Below are positions 37,809-51,040 of a stretch of DNA of 55,481 nt, one piece after another (the stretch's first letter is position 1; every line of letters starts with the position of its first letter). The notes beneath the pieces are model-generated. The model made no database searches. It saw nothing but the letters and a program-made list of their open reading frames with translations, and was not told where the DNA came from. This DNA comes from Octopus bimaculoides (taxonomy: Eukaryota), in contig NC_068997.1 of the NCBI RefSeq assembly GCF_001194135.2, forward strand, positions 30,153,058-30,208,538. The letters run 5' to 3'. The translations under genes and the position numbers were made by a program.

Positions 37809-38067
37809 CAGGGACATGCTACCTGGGTAGATCGATAGTAACATTTTCTTTTTATGGCAAAATATGCACCTAATTCAATAAAATTATGAAGGTTACACTG
37901 ATTACTATTCATAAAATGCAAAATATTTAATTTTTTTGTAGATTAGGCTGGCATAATTCACCCCTGCTTTTCAATCTCAGTATTTAAGCCCCGCATATTA
38001 ATGCCATAGTACCTACAACACCGTTTACTTTACACACTATAAAGGCAGAAGTAAATCTGCCTCCAAC
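37809..38067 (+). repeat. Interspersed repeat copy 1 (DNA-transposon-like fragment starting CAGGGAC)
   Basis: Aligns by eye with 45608-45921 over ~260 bp. Ends at the hairpin AGGCAGA-AGTAAA-TCTGCCT. Confidence 0.7.
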
Positions 38068-38167
38068 TAAGTTGCACGCTTGTGTTTCGCTTATTTTTTT
38101 TGTGCGTTTTACTACATAGACATCACCAACTGCCTACCCTGAGTAATTACTGATAGCACATGCCATA

Positions 38168-38235
<68 letters not shown>

Positions 38236-39761
38236 TAGCGAGAGGGAGATTTAAAATGCTATAAAATACAATTATAATTAAGGGTATAGAAAAATCCATG
38301 CCTCTATGCTGGAAAGAGACTCTAAATCGTCTCATCAGTTTAAATCATCACTTATTACATACATGTTGAAATTAAGGGAGGAAGCTGGCAGAAATTCATA
38401 AAAAATACACAATAAATCTCTAAATATGAATTCACCTTATTAGCTCTATTTTATATGCTGGCCACTGATGAAATTTTAACAATTTTATCCTTTATTATAA
38501 TTGAATAATCTCCATTCACTCTTGGACAGTCTAGTCACTTCTGGACTACTCTGACCAAATACACACGGGCTGAGGTAGGCTACGAAATTCAGTGTGGATG
38601 TATTTGTGGTATTTGCATTTGCTTTCTTCTGGGTATTTTTTAAAATTCTTTTATTCTTTTACTTTTTTCAGTCATTTGACTGTACCCATGCTGGAGCACT
38701 GCCTTTAGTTGAGCAAATCGACCCCAGGACTTATTCTTTGTAAGCCTAGTACTTATTCTGTCGGGCTGGAGCAGTGCCTTCATATGTAGAGAAATATTTT
38801 CTTTGTTTTCATTCCTTACACTTTGGGTCAATAATTTCTTCTGATTCTATAAAAACATGGTCAGGATGCACATTGAATGCCGACCAACTCATTTTTGATT
38901 AGTTATTGAAGTTCAATTTCAGTTTTCGACATTTTCCAATTCATATTCTTCAATCTCTGAACTTGACAGTTTCATCGATAAGAAATTTCGAACTAGGGGA
39001 CAACAACAGACAATAAAAAATAAAATAATCAATGAGAATATGATGAATAAAAAACAAAACAAATCAAAATAATAAAGATAACTGAATAGAAATGTGCCAT
39101 CTCTGTTTTATAATGTTTTATAAAAAAATATATTATTTTGTTTTATATATGTACAGAATATATCTTTTAAAGATATGAATGCACAATATATACTCAGAAA
39201 GAGATTCACCAAAGATAAATTAATGCATAAATAAATAAAAAAGAAGATTTTTCTGCCTAGAAAAATTGTATATGAGAAAAAAAATAAAATAAAAAAGAAA
39301 TTGTATGATGAATGTTTTTTTCTAAAAAATCACTTTTTTCTTAAAAGCACAGTTTTATACAATTTCTCATTTTTCGACTAAAAGATTTTAGGTTTCGTAT
39401 GAAAACATAAAAATGAGAAAAATGAACCATTGAGTTCATAAGTTATGTGTTTAAAAGGAGAGCAATAGAGTATAAATGGAAAAGAATTAGAAGTGATTTT
39501 ATGAAGCATAACAAAGACAAACATAGACATCAGGAATTAGAAGACTGGTAATTGGCCAATAGCATTTTTATAATCCTATTATACTCTCTTCTAATCAACT
39601 GGATTAACATGTCAGGTAAATCTGTCTAGTCCATAGAACCTTTTGGTCTTTAATGAAATGCAATCTCATTGGCAGATGCATAGGTGTATGTGTGTATGTA
39701 TGTGTATGTTTGTATATGTTTATATTTGTGTATTTATGTGTTTGTATATGTATGTAGTGAA

Positions 39762-40091
39762 GGCGCATGGCTGAGTGGTTAGAGCATCAAACTTACAACT
39801 GTAAGGTTGTGAGTTCGAATCCCGGACCAGGCTGCGTGCTGTGTTCTTGAGCAAGACACTTTATTTCACGTTGCTCCAGTTCACTCAGCTGTAGAAATGA
39901 GTCGTGACGTCACTGGTGCCAAGCTGTGTCGGCCTTTGCCTTTCCCTTGGATAACATCAGTGGCGTGAAGAAGGGAGGTTGGTATGCATGAGCAACTGCT
40001 GATCTTCCATAACTAACCTTGCCCAGACTTGTGCCTTGGAAGGTAACTTTCTAGGTGCAATCCCATGGTCATTCATGACTGAAGGGTGTCT
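39762..40091 (+). mobile_element. tRNA-derived CORE-like SINE (distinct family)
   Basis: A box TGGCTGAGTGG (39768-39778) and B box GAGTTCGAATCCC (39811-39823), then GTTCTTGAGCAAGACACTTTATTTCACGTTGCTCCAGTTCACTCAGCTGT. There is no acceptor stem, so it is not a tRNA gene. Confidence 0.75.
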
Positions 40092-40953
40092 TCGCATATG
40101 TATGTACGTATATATAAGTATCATCATCATCATCGTTTAACGTCCACTTTCCATGGGTTGGATGGTTTCACAGGGGTCTGGGAAGCCAGGAGTCTGCACC
40201 AGACCTCAGTCTGATCTGGCAGTGTTTCTACGGCTGGATGCCCTTCCTAACACCAACCACTCCGAGAGGGTAGTGGGTGCTTTTTACGTGCCACTGGCAC
40301 AAGGACCAGAGGAGTTGGCATCGACCACAATTGGATGGTGCTTTTTATGTGCCACTGGCATGGAAGCCAGTTAAGGTGGCACTGGCATCGGCCATGTTCA
40401 GATGGTGCTTTTTACGTGCCACCAGCACGGGGGTCACAACTACAATTTCCATTATAAATATATATATATGTAAATGTTTGTATATGTGTGTATACATGCA
40501 GTATTGTTTATCTGCAAAACCAATAAAATAGTTATTTCACACTTATAATACAGTATTTAATCTGTTCCATGTGAATTTGTGTTGGTACTGGTCTTTTATC
40601 TTTTACTTGCTTCATTCATTGCATTGCAGCCATGCTGGAGCACCACTTTCAAACAGATTGACCCCCAGTACTTATTCTTTAAGTGTGGTGGTTATTCTGT
40701 CTGAACTGCTAGGTCACAAGGATGTAAACAAACCAACACTGGTTGTCAAGTGGTGGTGGGCAACAAACACAACACAAAGACACATCCGTACACACAATGG
40801 GCTTCCTCACAATATCCATTTACTTACAAGGGCTATAGCAGCAGACACTTGGCCAAGGTGCTGTGCAGGGGAACCAAACCTAAAACATCAATGAATTGTG
40901 ATACAAAGANNNNNNNNNNACGCAAAGAGGTGCAGCTATTAGTTATCTAACTT

Positions 40954-41323
40954 CTTTTCTTTGTTTCAATCATTAGACTGTGGCCGTGCTGGGGTACCAC
41001 CTTGGAGAATCTTAGTTGAACGAATCAACCCCGACATTTATTTTCTTTTCAAGCCTAGTACATATTCTACTGGTCTCTTTTGCTGAACTGCAAAGTTACA
41101 GGGATTTAAACACACCTACACCAATTGTCAAACAGTGGTAGGGGGCAAGCACACACACACACACATATATACGATTGGCTTCTGTCAGTTTCCGTCTAAA
41201 TCCACTCTCAAGGCTTTGGTCAGCCCAGAGCTATAATATAAGGCAGTTCTTCAAGTTAGCTACATTGGAAGACTGAACCCGGAACCATGTGGTTGGGAAG
41301 CAAGCTTCTTACCACACAGCCAC
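40954..41323 (-). mobile_element. tRNA-derived SINE family A, near full-length copy
   Basis: Same head, body and tail as 17232-17625. Confidence 0.8.
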
Positions 41324-43488
41324 AACTGTGAAATTATTGAACAAGTGCCAAAACAGTAGCAACAACAACCACCACAATAACGATGATAATAGTAATGGAT
41401 GATTAAATTAGTAAAGATTTATGGGGAAATGGTAAAAGGTAGAAATGTGGCCGACACTCTTTGCATCGAGGTCTTATGGAAAGTAAATTACGTAGCAGTT
41501 CTTTACTTGGAATCCAAACTGAGTTAAAAACCTGGTTTTTCTGACCATTACTACAGCATGGCTCTTCCTATTATAATGACAATGATGAAGATGATGGTGG
41601 TGGTGGTGGTGATGACAGCTATGATAATATTTAGGTTGATTTAGACTACTCTTGTAAAGAGAATATAAACTGAGAACATGTCTTTCACATAACATAATAA
41701 AGTATATGGAATCAAGTATGTTGTTGAAATCTCTCACTCCCATTGCTAGTAGAGGTGGGGGTTGGGCTGAGGAGAAAAAAGTATATAAATAAACTGAATA
41801 AAACCGAGTAATACTCTGTGTAAATTATTGTATTTATTTCGAGCAAGAGAAAAATTTGCAAAGCTGGGTGGAAAATTATAGCTTATTTCTTCTCCTTTCA
41901 ACTCTAGATGGGTAATTTCTAGCAGCCTAGTAATTTTCTACAAGATGCATCTTAGCATGAATTCTCATGAGAGGGATAGTTAAGTAGATAGATAAATAGA
42001 CATACAAACTTGTCTAGAAAGTAACATAGTGAGAGAAGTAAATGGCTGAATGAGCTGCAAAGATAGGAGAAGATAGAAAAATATATGAGGAGATAAATGG
42101 ATGAATGAAAAGATAGATCAGAAATTTTTGGTAGATGTTGAGAAAGATTTCAGTTTCTGATTAATCCCTTGGATACCATTTTGCTTCATTAATGTGACTT
42201 GTCCATTTTACAAAGGCACCGAGAAGCTGTGTCTCATTTCTCTTGCCTTACAAATTCTGGTCATCTTCATTGTTTATTCAATACTCAGTTTTATTTCTCT
42301 CATTTGTTCCTGTAACTCAGGCTCGAGTCAAAGCTGTAGAAAGGAAATATTATTGTAGTCTGTGGTATGTAGTGGTGACCAAACATTTCAAATTGATGCT
42401 GAAATTACATCTTCAGTCTGTGTAGACAATGTTTAGCCTCCAATAGGGAACATGAGAAACCTAGAGGGCCATGAGCCCATGTATTTAAGGTAAGAGACAA
42501 TATTCCAACAACCAAATGATGCAGTAAAAGCAAATGGTCATCCCACCCACTGCAATTCTTACCCTACCCTACAAGCCCTCTTCATATTTAACATCCCTAT
42601 TGATGGATAAACAATACAGCCACATGGCCACCACCAATTTTATTTGAGGATTACAATCGCACAAAAGTACAACATCAATGATGACCCAAAAAACAAAAAA
42701 AAATATAATTTCTAAGAAGACTAAATGTTTGATGTGAATTGTTATGAGCTCATCTTTAGACTTGGAAGCTTTTGAAATATTCACATCAACACAATCTTTC
42801 CGTTGGTTTCATCTCTGCCAGTCATTGTCATCATTATCAGATGCTTCATGCTTAGATGTGTACAGAGTCAGAGCGGATTCATCCTAGGAATCTTTATTTA
42901 AGCTAATGATAATAACATTTTTAATTATAAGGCTACTAATACATATAATCCTTTCTGCCACAGGCACAAGGCCTGAAATTTTGGAGGAGGGGATCTAGTT
43001 GATTACATTGACCCCAGTACTCAGCTGGTACCTATTTTATCGATTCTGAAAGAATGCAAAGTAAAGTTAACTTTGGCTAAATTTGAACTTGGAACATAAA
43101 GACGGACGAAATGCCACTAAGCCTTTTGCCTGGCATGCTAACGACTCTACCTTACACCAAGCAAATAATTAAAACTTACCAAAGGTGTCACACAATGAGA
43201 TTGAACCCAGAACTCCATGGTTGTTCAGCAAACTCCTTAACTACACAACAATGCCTGCATCTTCCCATTAATTTCATTTAAAAAAAGACAAAACCAATCA
43301 AACATCAGCTTATTTAGATGAAAAATATTTTATCTGCAAAGGTGAGGTTAATAGCACAAAAAATTATAATCTTTTTATTTCTAAAATGATATATGGTTTC
43401 TTTTTGTAATTATTTTAACAAGCTACATTAATTTTTATTGCTGTATTTAATTACAATTTATTGATTGGTTATTGATTCTATTGTACAG

Positions 43489-43623
43489 GTCATCCACGAT
43501 GTCCATCTCGAGCCAGCCCATATCATACGTAAGAGAAGTGTTGACCAACCACTCCGTATTTACTTACATTACGATAAAAGTGTATCGCTTTTGCCATCAA
43601 GGAAATACCGGGATTTACTTCAG
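43489..43623 (+). CDS. LMLN: Leishmanolysin-like peptidase, coding exon 2 (135 nt, phase 0/0)
   Basis: Acceptor ttctattgtacag|GTC and donor CAG|gtaggc. Translates VIHDVHLEPAHIIRKRSVDQPLRIYLHYDKSVSLLPSRKYRDLLQ, matching the recalled LMLN segment [31 protein letters not shown], with a basic RKR convertase-like site. Confidence 0.92.
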
Positions 43624-44017
43624 GTAGGCTTATGTTGTTATTGTTGTTGCAGTTCTGACTCTGAACTATGACCACCCTGTCTGATACTTATAAATTAATA
43701 TATCAATTTTAGCTTTATTTCATTTTATATACTCATGCTATATTTAAAGCCATATTATTTTTATGTAACGGAAATACTATTTATTGCTTTGATGAAATTC
43801 GAGGTGTTCAAGATACACCTGTGTGGTTATTAACTACATAATTTTGGCTTCACTGCATAACACCTTGGGCAAGTGTCTTCTAATATAGCACTAGGCTGAC
43901 CAAAGCCTTGTGAATTTTATTGATTTGGGAGATAAAAACTGAAAGACATCCAACACATTGTGTGCGGATTAAGGTTTTCACTTTGTGTTTATGGTATTAT
44001 TTCATTTCTCTTTCCAG

Positions 44018-44100
44018 AAAGACATTTTACCCAAAGCTGTCCGTTACTGGCAAGACACACTCAGGGTTCGGGCCACACGTGTACCAATTCGATTGCGCAG
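44018..44100 (+). CDS. LMLN: Leishmanolysin-like peptidase, coding exon 3 (83 nt, phase 0/2)
   Basis: Acceptor tttctctttccag|AAA and donor AG|gtataa. Translates KDILPKAVRYWQDTLRVRATRVPIRLR(R), matching the recalled LMLN segment [28 protein letters not shown]. Not present as such in the ORF track; found by manual translation. Confidence 0.9.
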
Positions 44101-45607
44101 GTATAATAACACCTTTCTTATATTTAATTATGTTGTGTATGTCAGACTTAGGTGAACGGTTGACTGTAGAAAGATGTTTTTAGTTTCTTCGTAGAGTGTT
44201 GGTGGACTTTGACTTATCCTGTTATTAGTATATTGCAGGTACGTTATACAATTACTAGAGTTTCTCTCTTGCTTTATTAGTAGATAAGAATTGTGAATCT
44301 GGAGGATTGGATGAAAGTGGGAAGGGTAAAAGGGGGATAATATCAAGTAACTAGACGAGAAGCTAAATGTGGTGTGGTGTACCTTTACCTATGAGAGAAG
44401 TTGACTGTAAGAGGTTCGTCAATATTCTGTGATGAAAGGATCAAAGATGTGATATGCTCTGGATTGCAGAAAAGTGAGTTGGCATCATTGGATTGGGGTG
44501 GGAGTGGGGTGGGGTGGGGTATGAAATGACAACAACACATTTGACCTCACTGATAGGAAGAAGAAAGGGTCATTAAAAGAAGTTATTAATTAAGGTGAAC
44601 ATGTGGTGAAGTGAAGAATGGCTGCAAATAGATGGCACAGAATATGAGGGATGATGAATGGAACATGTGGTAGAGGTTGACTGAGGAAGGCCATGGAAGA
44701 AGTAGTGATAATAATCATAGGGTAAAATAAGTCTTACAAAGGGGATTTGGGGGTCACAGCAAGTTGTGAAACACTTCACTGGAAAACTCCCTTCCCTCCT
44801 GTGTGAACATGGAAGAACAGGTGTAAAGTGATAACGTTGACGATGATGATTATTGGGGGAATTCAAAAGTAATTATGATTTGTTATTCTCATCGACATTG
44901 TCATTGTTGTCACCATCATCATCATCATCATCATTGTTGACACTGTTGTTGTCATTATTATTAACAAGTTAGCAGAACCATTAGTACATTGGATAAAATG
45001 TTTAGTAGCATTTCTTCTGGTTCTTCGTTGAATTTACATTAAGGTCAATTAGTAAACCAATTATGTTTTTATTTCACATTAACTTCAGCCCTGTCTGCCC
45101 TTGCAACACACAATCCATATAAAAGATCTATATTTGGCTCCATTTCTACGATTATATTCTCAAGTTTCTATTTCCTGTTGCATTTTCTTCTCTTCTTTTT
45201 CGAGTTGTGTCTAAAATTCTTATCTCACTGGTCTAGCTAATTGCTTTCTTATTTATAGAAAACTGTTTTATTTCTTCATTTTATGTTCTTTAAATATTAG
45301 ATAAAAATCTGCCCCTATTTTCTAGAAGGGACCTTCTGTCTACTCCTGTATGAGTCCATCCATCATTGTATGTTAAATATATTCTATCTTGTTAAATATA
45401 TTCTTTTCTTGTCTGTGTTTGTAAGTTCTCTTATTTATTTAAATTTTTTTCCATTAAAACTGAACGTGATTACTAAGACAGCTGCTGTTTTATAATTAGT
45501 TACTGCTTTCTTTTTTTTAATTTTATTAAATTATGTTTCTAATAATAGGCACGGACACGGCTGTGTGGTAAGAAGTTTGCTTTCCAGTCACGTTTCAGGG
45601 TTCAGTC

Positions 45608-45921
45608 CAGGGACGTGCTGCCTGGGTAGGCCAGGTAGGCAGCGCCTACCCTGAATAAAATAGATCGATAATAACATTTTCTTTTTATGGTAAAATATGC
45701 ACCTAATTCAATAAAATTATGAAGGTTTCTCTGATTACTATGCATAAAATGCAAATTATTTAATTTTTGTTTTTGTAGATTAGGTAAGCATAATTCGTCC
45801 CTTCCTTTCAATCTCAGTATTTAAGCTACGTATAGCCATGCTGTAGTACACGTGCTGCGTACATTCCTACAACACCGTTTTCTTTACGCACTATAAAGGC
45901 AGAAGTAAATCTGCCTCCAAC
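45608..45921 (+). repeat. Interspersed repeat copy 2, inserted at the B box of a family A SINE head
   Basis: Shares ACATTTTCTTTTTATGG.AAAATATGCACCTAATTCAATAAAATTATGAAGGTT...CACTATAAAGGCAGAAGTAAATCTGCCTCCAAC with 37809-38067. Confidence 0.7.
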
Positions 45922-46156
45922 ACACTCGCGAATCTGTTTGTTGGCTGATAGGTTTGTGAGCTATATTGATTAGCTTTGTTATTGATGATAAAGTATTGAA
46001 AAAAAAAAAGAAACTAGCTTGTTTGTTTCACCACTGAAGATTGCCATCACAATGGCATCATTGCAGACATTGCACTTCTTGACATCGTTCTGTCAGTTAA
46101 TCATCATCACTATCATCAACAGTCTATTGTACTCATAATATCATTAAACCACCACC

Positions 46157-46190
<34 letters not shown>

Positions 46191-47240
46191 TCTTCTTTGA
46201 TGTTATCACATGTCATCATCGTAAATCCCTGTTTTATTGCTCTGTTGTTTGACCCTAGATCTCTTCTCATTGCTTTGTCTGTTGACCAACAGCATTCCAA
46301 CTATGACCATTCCATATATCTTGTGTCCTACTCTGACTAAAATGGTTGGATGCGGTGTGATTTGAAGAAAATTTCACTGCTATTTCTGGCTCGCCACATG
46401 ACCACGTAGGGCCATCATTTGTTGTCTGTGTTGTTGCATGATCAATCATTGCAATAGTGCTGATTGATCACCATCATCACCATCACTATAGTCTCTATCA
46501 ACATTGTATCCCTGATAACAATCACCAGCTTCACTTGAATCACAATTATCTGTGCTACCTTGGATGATGATTGTGATTGTGATGACTCTTATGGTAATGA
46601 TGATGGTGAGCATTAATCTTGTTCACTGCTACTGCATCATCTTTTCTAGATTCATGCCTAGAGAATGACTAATTTTGTAAAATCATAATTTCTCTATATG
46701 ATAAAAGAGAGAGATAGAGAGAGGGAGTGAAAGAGTGAGAGAAAGTAAGACTAACTGTGTTTTTTTTTCCCCTAAAACATTTAATCTTATTTATAATTTA
46801 CTTTGCTTATTTTTCTTGTTCTCTTATCTGTGTTTTAAGTATTTATTTACAAAGTAACTTATCTGGGATTATTATCTTCGTTTCTTTATTTTCATCTTAT
46901 CTCTCATCTCCATCTGATGCATTTCTGATCTGCAGCACTTGAGGCATAGAATGTAACCTTAGAATTTGTTTATTATTTCTAGAAAGCTCTTGGCGCCTCA
47001 ACCAAATGAATACATGTAATAGTTTAACTGATTTTCATGTAGTAATTCTTGCTGACACCCATGCATGCGCACATGTATTGTTTCTAGGGTGCTTCTTTTT
47101 GCCACGATGCTGCTACCCGCCACCCTCTGGTGCTGGAACCCCATTAAAATGCATCCAGTACACTCTGTAAAGTGGTTGGTGTTGGGAAGGGTTCCCTGAC
47201 CCTATCTAGGAAAACAGTGGATGTAAAACGACAACTTTGT

Positions 47241-47271
<31 letters not shown>

Positions 47272-47278
47272 ATATACA

Positions 47279-47647
47279 GGTGCAGGCATGGCTGTGTGGC
47301 AAGAAGCTTGCTTCCCAACCACACAATTCTGGGTTTAATCCCACTGCATAGCACCTTGGACAAGTGTCTTCTACTATAGCCTTGGGCAAAACAAAGCCTT
47401 GTGAGTGGATTTGGCAGATAGAAACTGGAAGAAACCTGCCATATATATATGTGTATGTGTGTGTCTTTGTGTTTGTCTTCCACCACCACTTGATAACCAG
47501 TGTTGGTGTGTTTACATCCCTGTAACTTAGCTGTTCAACAAGAGAGACTGATAGAATAAATACTAGGGTCAATTCATTCGACTAAAAATTCTTCAAGGTG
47601 GTGCCCCAGCATGGCCGCAGTCTAATGACTGAAACAAGTAAAAGATA
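47279..47647 (+). mobile_element. tRNA-derived SINE family A, near full-length copy
   Basis: GGTGCAGGCATGGCTGTGTGGCAAGAAGC ... CCAGCATGGCCGCAGTCTAATGACTGAAACAAGTAAAAG. Confidence 0.8.
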
Positions 47648-50284
47648 AACGATATCTATATATATGTTTATAGGGATGAAATTAGGTAAATCCCCATACA
47701 CCTGTCTGCATTCATGCACATACAATCAGAAGTTCCTGGATCATTAAGAATAGGAAATAGTTTTGGTAAATAATTGACAACTCCTGTTCCATTTCAAAGA
47801 ATGGATGGTGAAGATGTTTTATTGTCAGCAACCTCATGTATCTGGTTATAAGTAAATATCATAGAATGTTTATAGTTTGTTGCTGTTGGTAACAGTGAAG
47901 GGGCTGTGGCATGAATGAGTTAAACACTTTGTTAGTTTCTGTTACTGAGTTCAATTCTAGCGGTGGTAAAACTTCTAAACTTTCATTCAGGTGGGCTTCA
48001 GGCACCTCACAAATATGATCTCTGCAGTGGGTTCCCAGAGATGAATTGGGTTACACTGATTTGAAGAAGATTTCACTGTTGTTTCTAACTGGTCAAGCAA
48101 CCACAGAAAGTAGTGGTTTCCAATCAGTTTAGCTTCCTGATGCACTTAGAGATAAGACAAAATATTGGAAAGTACAAAAATTACTTGTTCATTTTGTGCA
48201 GACAATTAAGAATTATTGGTATATTTTGCATGGAATAATATCTTAATATTGGATTGTATTCTGAGGCAGAAGCTGACAGAGTTGTTAGCAAGCTGGGCAA
48301 AATGCTTAGCAGCATTTCATCTGTCTTTATGTTCTGAGTTCAAATTCCACCAAGGTTCATTTTGCCTTTCATCCTTTCAAGGTCAATAAGTACTAGCTCT
48401 GCACTAGGGTCAACATAATCAACTTTCCCTGAGATTGCTGGCCTTGTGCCAACATTTAAAAGCAATATCAGATAGTATTTTGATGGCTATTTGTTGTTGT
48501 TGAGTGACCTCAGATCAACCTCAGATCAACCAGACCTAATGGGTAAAATGGGGATCTGACGATAATCCGTAAGGACAAACACCTTATGGCCAGGATACCC
48601 AGGATAATCCCTTNNNNNNNNNNNNNNNNNNNNNNNNNNNNNNNNNNNNNNNNNNNNNNNNNNNNNNNNNNNNNNNNNNNNNNNNNNNTGGGTGGGTGGG
48701 TGGGTCTGTGTGTTGGTGTGAGAGAGATGACAATGATGATAAATAGTGTTGTATTTCAGATACTTTTCATCTGTTGATAATGATATTAGGAAAAGATATT
48801 CAACATGGAAATAAATCTATAATTATGCAAAGATAATGCCAAAAATGGGTTTTAACTATGATAAGAAATTTTTCACTCTAACCATTGAGTAGTGGTAACA
48901 CATACTACTACTATTACTAGTGTTGCTGCTGTTGTTGTGATGATGGTGATGGTGGTGGTGGTTTTACTGTACTCAATGCTAGTGTAAATTATATTATCAG
49001 TTTCATTGCAGATTTATTTATTTATTTATCTGTTTATGCAACATAAAAACTATAAAAATATAACCAACTCAACTCAGAACAACAACAACAACAACAACCA
49101 AAAACTATTACAACAGCAACAACAACATCCATGACTATGATGAGACTTTATCTCAAAGTTTATTTACAAGGTTTCCCTGTTTTGTTATTCATTGTTATCT
49201 CGCTACTGCCACCACCGCCACCACCACCACCCCTTCCTTTCTTCTTCTCTCTCCTGTTTCTGTTTATAGATTTTTCTCTATTATATTATTTACTTTGCCA
49301 TTCATCNNNNNNNNNNNNNNNNNNNNNNNNNNNNNNNNNNNNNNNNNNNNNNNNNNNNNNNNNNNNNNNNNNNNNNNNNNNNNNNNNTGTAAAATCCTAA
49401 CAAATCTGGAGATGGAAGTGTTAAAGAGAGAGTTTGACATTTTGACATTTTCTTGTCGGAAACCTTGTAAACAGGATGTGTGGCAGGGTGTGGGGGAGGT
49501 GGTGTTTCGGGAGGTGGGGGGTGGGGGATAATTAATACAGCAATCTAAGGGGGTGGGTTGTTTATTTTTCTTGGTTGGTTGGTTAGAGTGAGGGTTAGTT
49601 GTTTATTGAGCTGATTATATTGGAGCAGGAAATAGTTGTGAGGTTTCTCTTTTGTTTTTTTAGTATCTGCTTTTATGGAGAGAGAAAAACAAGTTGTTGA
49701 TGTTGTTGCTGTTGTTGCTCTTTAGCCCCAGGTTTTCCCTGATTTGACTGGCCCATGATGAAAGCTGTTCTAGCTGTCACCTCCCTATGTATTTTAGAAC
49801 TACACTAACCAATGCAATCTTCTTTTTTGAAGAGAGTAGGGTGTGATTTAAAAGAGACTTCACTGCTGTTTCAGCTGCTCAAGCAACCATAGGGAGCAGT
49901 TGTTTTCTATCATTTTGACTTTGTTGACACTCTGAAGATCAAACACAATGTTGCTAGACTACTTTGTTAGTAAAAAGTTACTCACACATTCTGTACTGGA
50001 AATTGAAAATAATTGACTCATTTCACATGGAAAATTTTTTAAAATATTCACTTTTAAGTTTAAAATTTAGAAAAAATTATTTGGAAAATTAATGCTTACC
50101 AAGTTGTGCATTACAAAACTATGAATAAAATGTGTTTCCTGATGTTCAATTATTAATATGGTTCTTCTAAAGTTTTAAGTTACATTGTTAAAAGTGCAAG
50201 TTGCACCTAGATATTCATTGTGGGTCATTGTTTGAGAACTGCTGACATGGAGGGTCCTCTAAGTTTTCTTATCAGCTGACACTG

Positions 50285-50489
50285 TTAACCCTTTCATTAC
50301 TGTATTTCTGTTAAGATGCTCTGTGTTTCTTTCAATTATTTTAAATATGACAAAGAACTTTGTAAAATAACTTAGTTATCATTCAGCTGGTGTTAGGAAC
50401 ATAAATTGTGACTAAGGTTTGGTGGAAACAAAGCATTTGTACTACAGAACCAGAGCTGGTTTCAGCTGGGTTGGTAACGAAAGGGTTAA
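50285..50489. mobile_element. piggyBac-like MITE (family P2)
   Basis: TTAA-CCCTTTCATTAC ... GTAACGAAAGGG-TTAA (11/12 TIR match); 197 bp between the TTAAs. Confidence 0.8.
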
Positions 50490-50723
50490 TCAGCTGCTAA
50501 ACTAATTACTGAGGTATTGTCGAGTGCCCTTTGATTGTGTGCACTTTTCACAAGGCTTGCATTTATTCTGCTTATCTTACATCTACGTAACTGAAAAAGT
50601 GACTACCACATCTTGCATTTCACAGTGAGTGTGTGTGAAGTCTAACTTTGCAACAGCCAATGTATTTTATGGATAATATTTTGGGCAGCTTCCATTATAC
50701 TGCTCACTTAAGTTAATGACAAT

Positions 50724-50994
50724 GAGCTCAGGTCAATCAGAACATTTTGCAGTCAAAAGATTTCCAGTTGGGACAGTATTAAGGAAGAAATTAATTTGTT
50801 GCTTTTGTGTCTGTATTCCAAACTGATGATCAACACTAGCCCTTTGTTTTTCACTGTATGTGACCCTTTAAATGACAAAAGTATTCTTTGGGTCCCCAAT
50901 AATGTAACTGAGAGACTGGTGAGTTCAGGTCAATCAGAACAGTTTGCAGTCAAAAGATTTCCACTTGGGACAGTATTAAGGAATAAAATAATTT
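50724..50994 (+). repeat. 74-bp direct repeat pair (50724-50797, 50921-50994)
   Basis: GAG(C/T)TCAGGTCAATCAGAACA(T/G)TTTGCAGTCAAAAGATTTCCA(G/C)TTGGGACAGTATTAAGGAA occurs twice, separated by a 123-bp spacer. Confidence 0.9.
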
Positions 50995-51007
50995 AAAAAC
51001 CATTGTC

Positions 51008-51040
<33 letters not shown>

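Larger units (their letters stand above)
21631..43488 (+). other. LMLN intron 1 (~21.9 kb)
   Basis: GT-AG bounded, phase 0 on both sides. No other LMLN-like coding sequence was recognised within it. It contains several N-gaps, so the length is approximate. Confidence 0.75.

Noticed and set aside
39762-39835. tRNA-like sequence with clean A and B boxes
   Set aside because: No acceptor stem or cloverleaf; continues directly into a SINE body.
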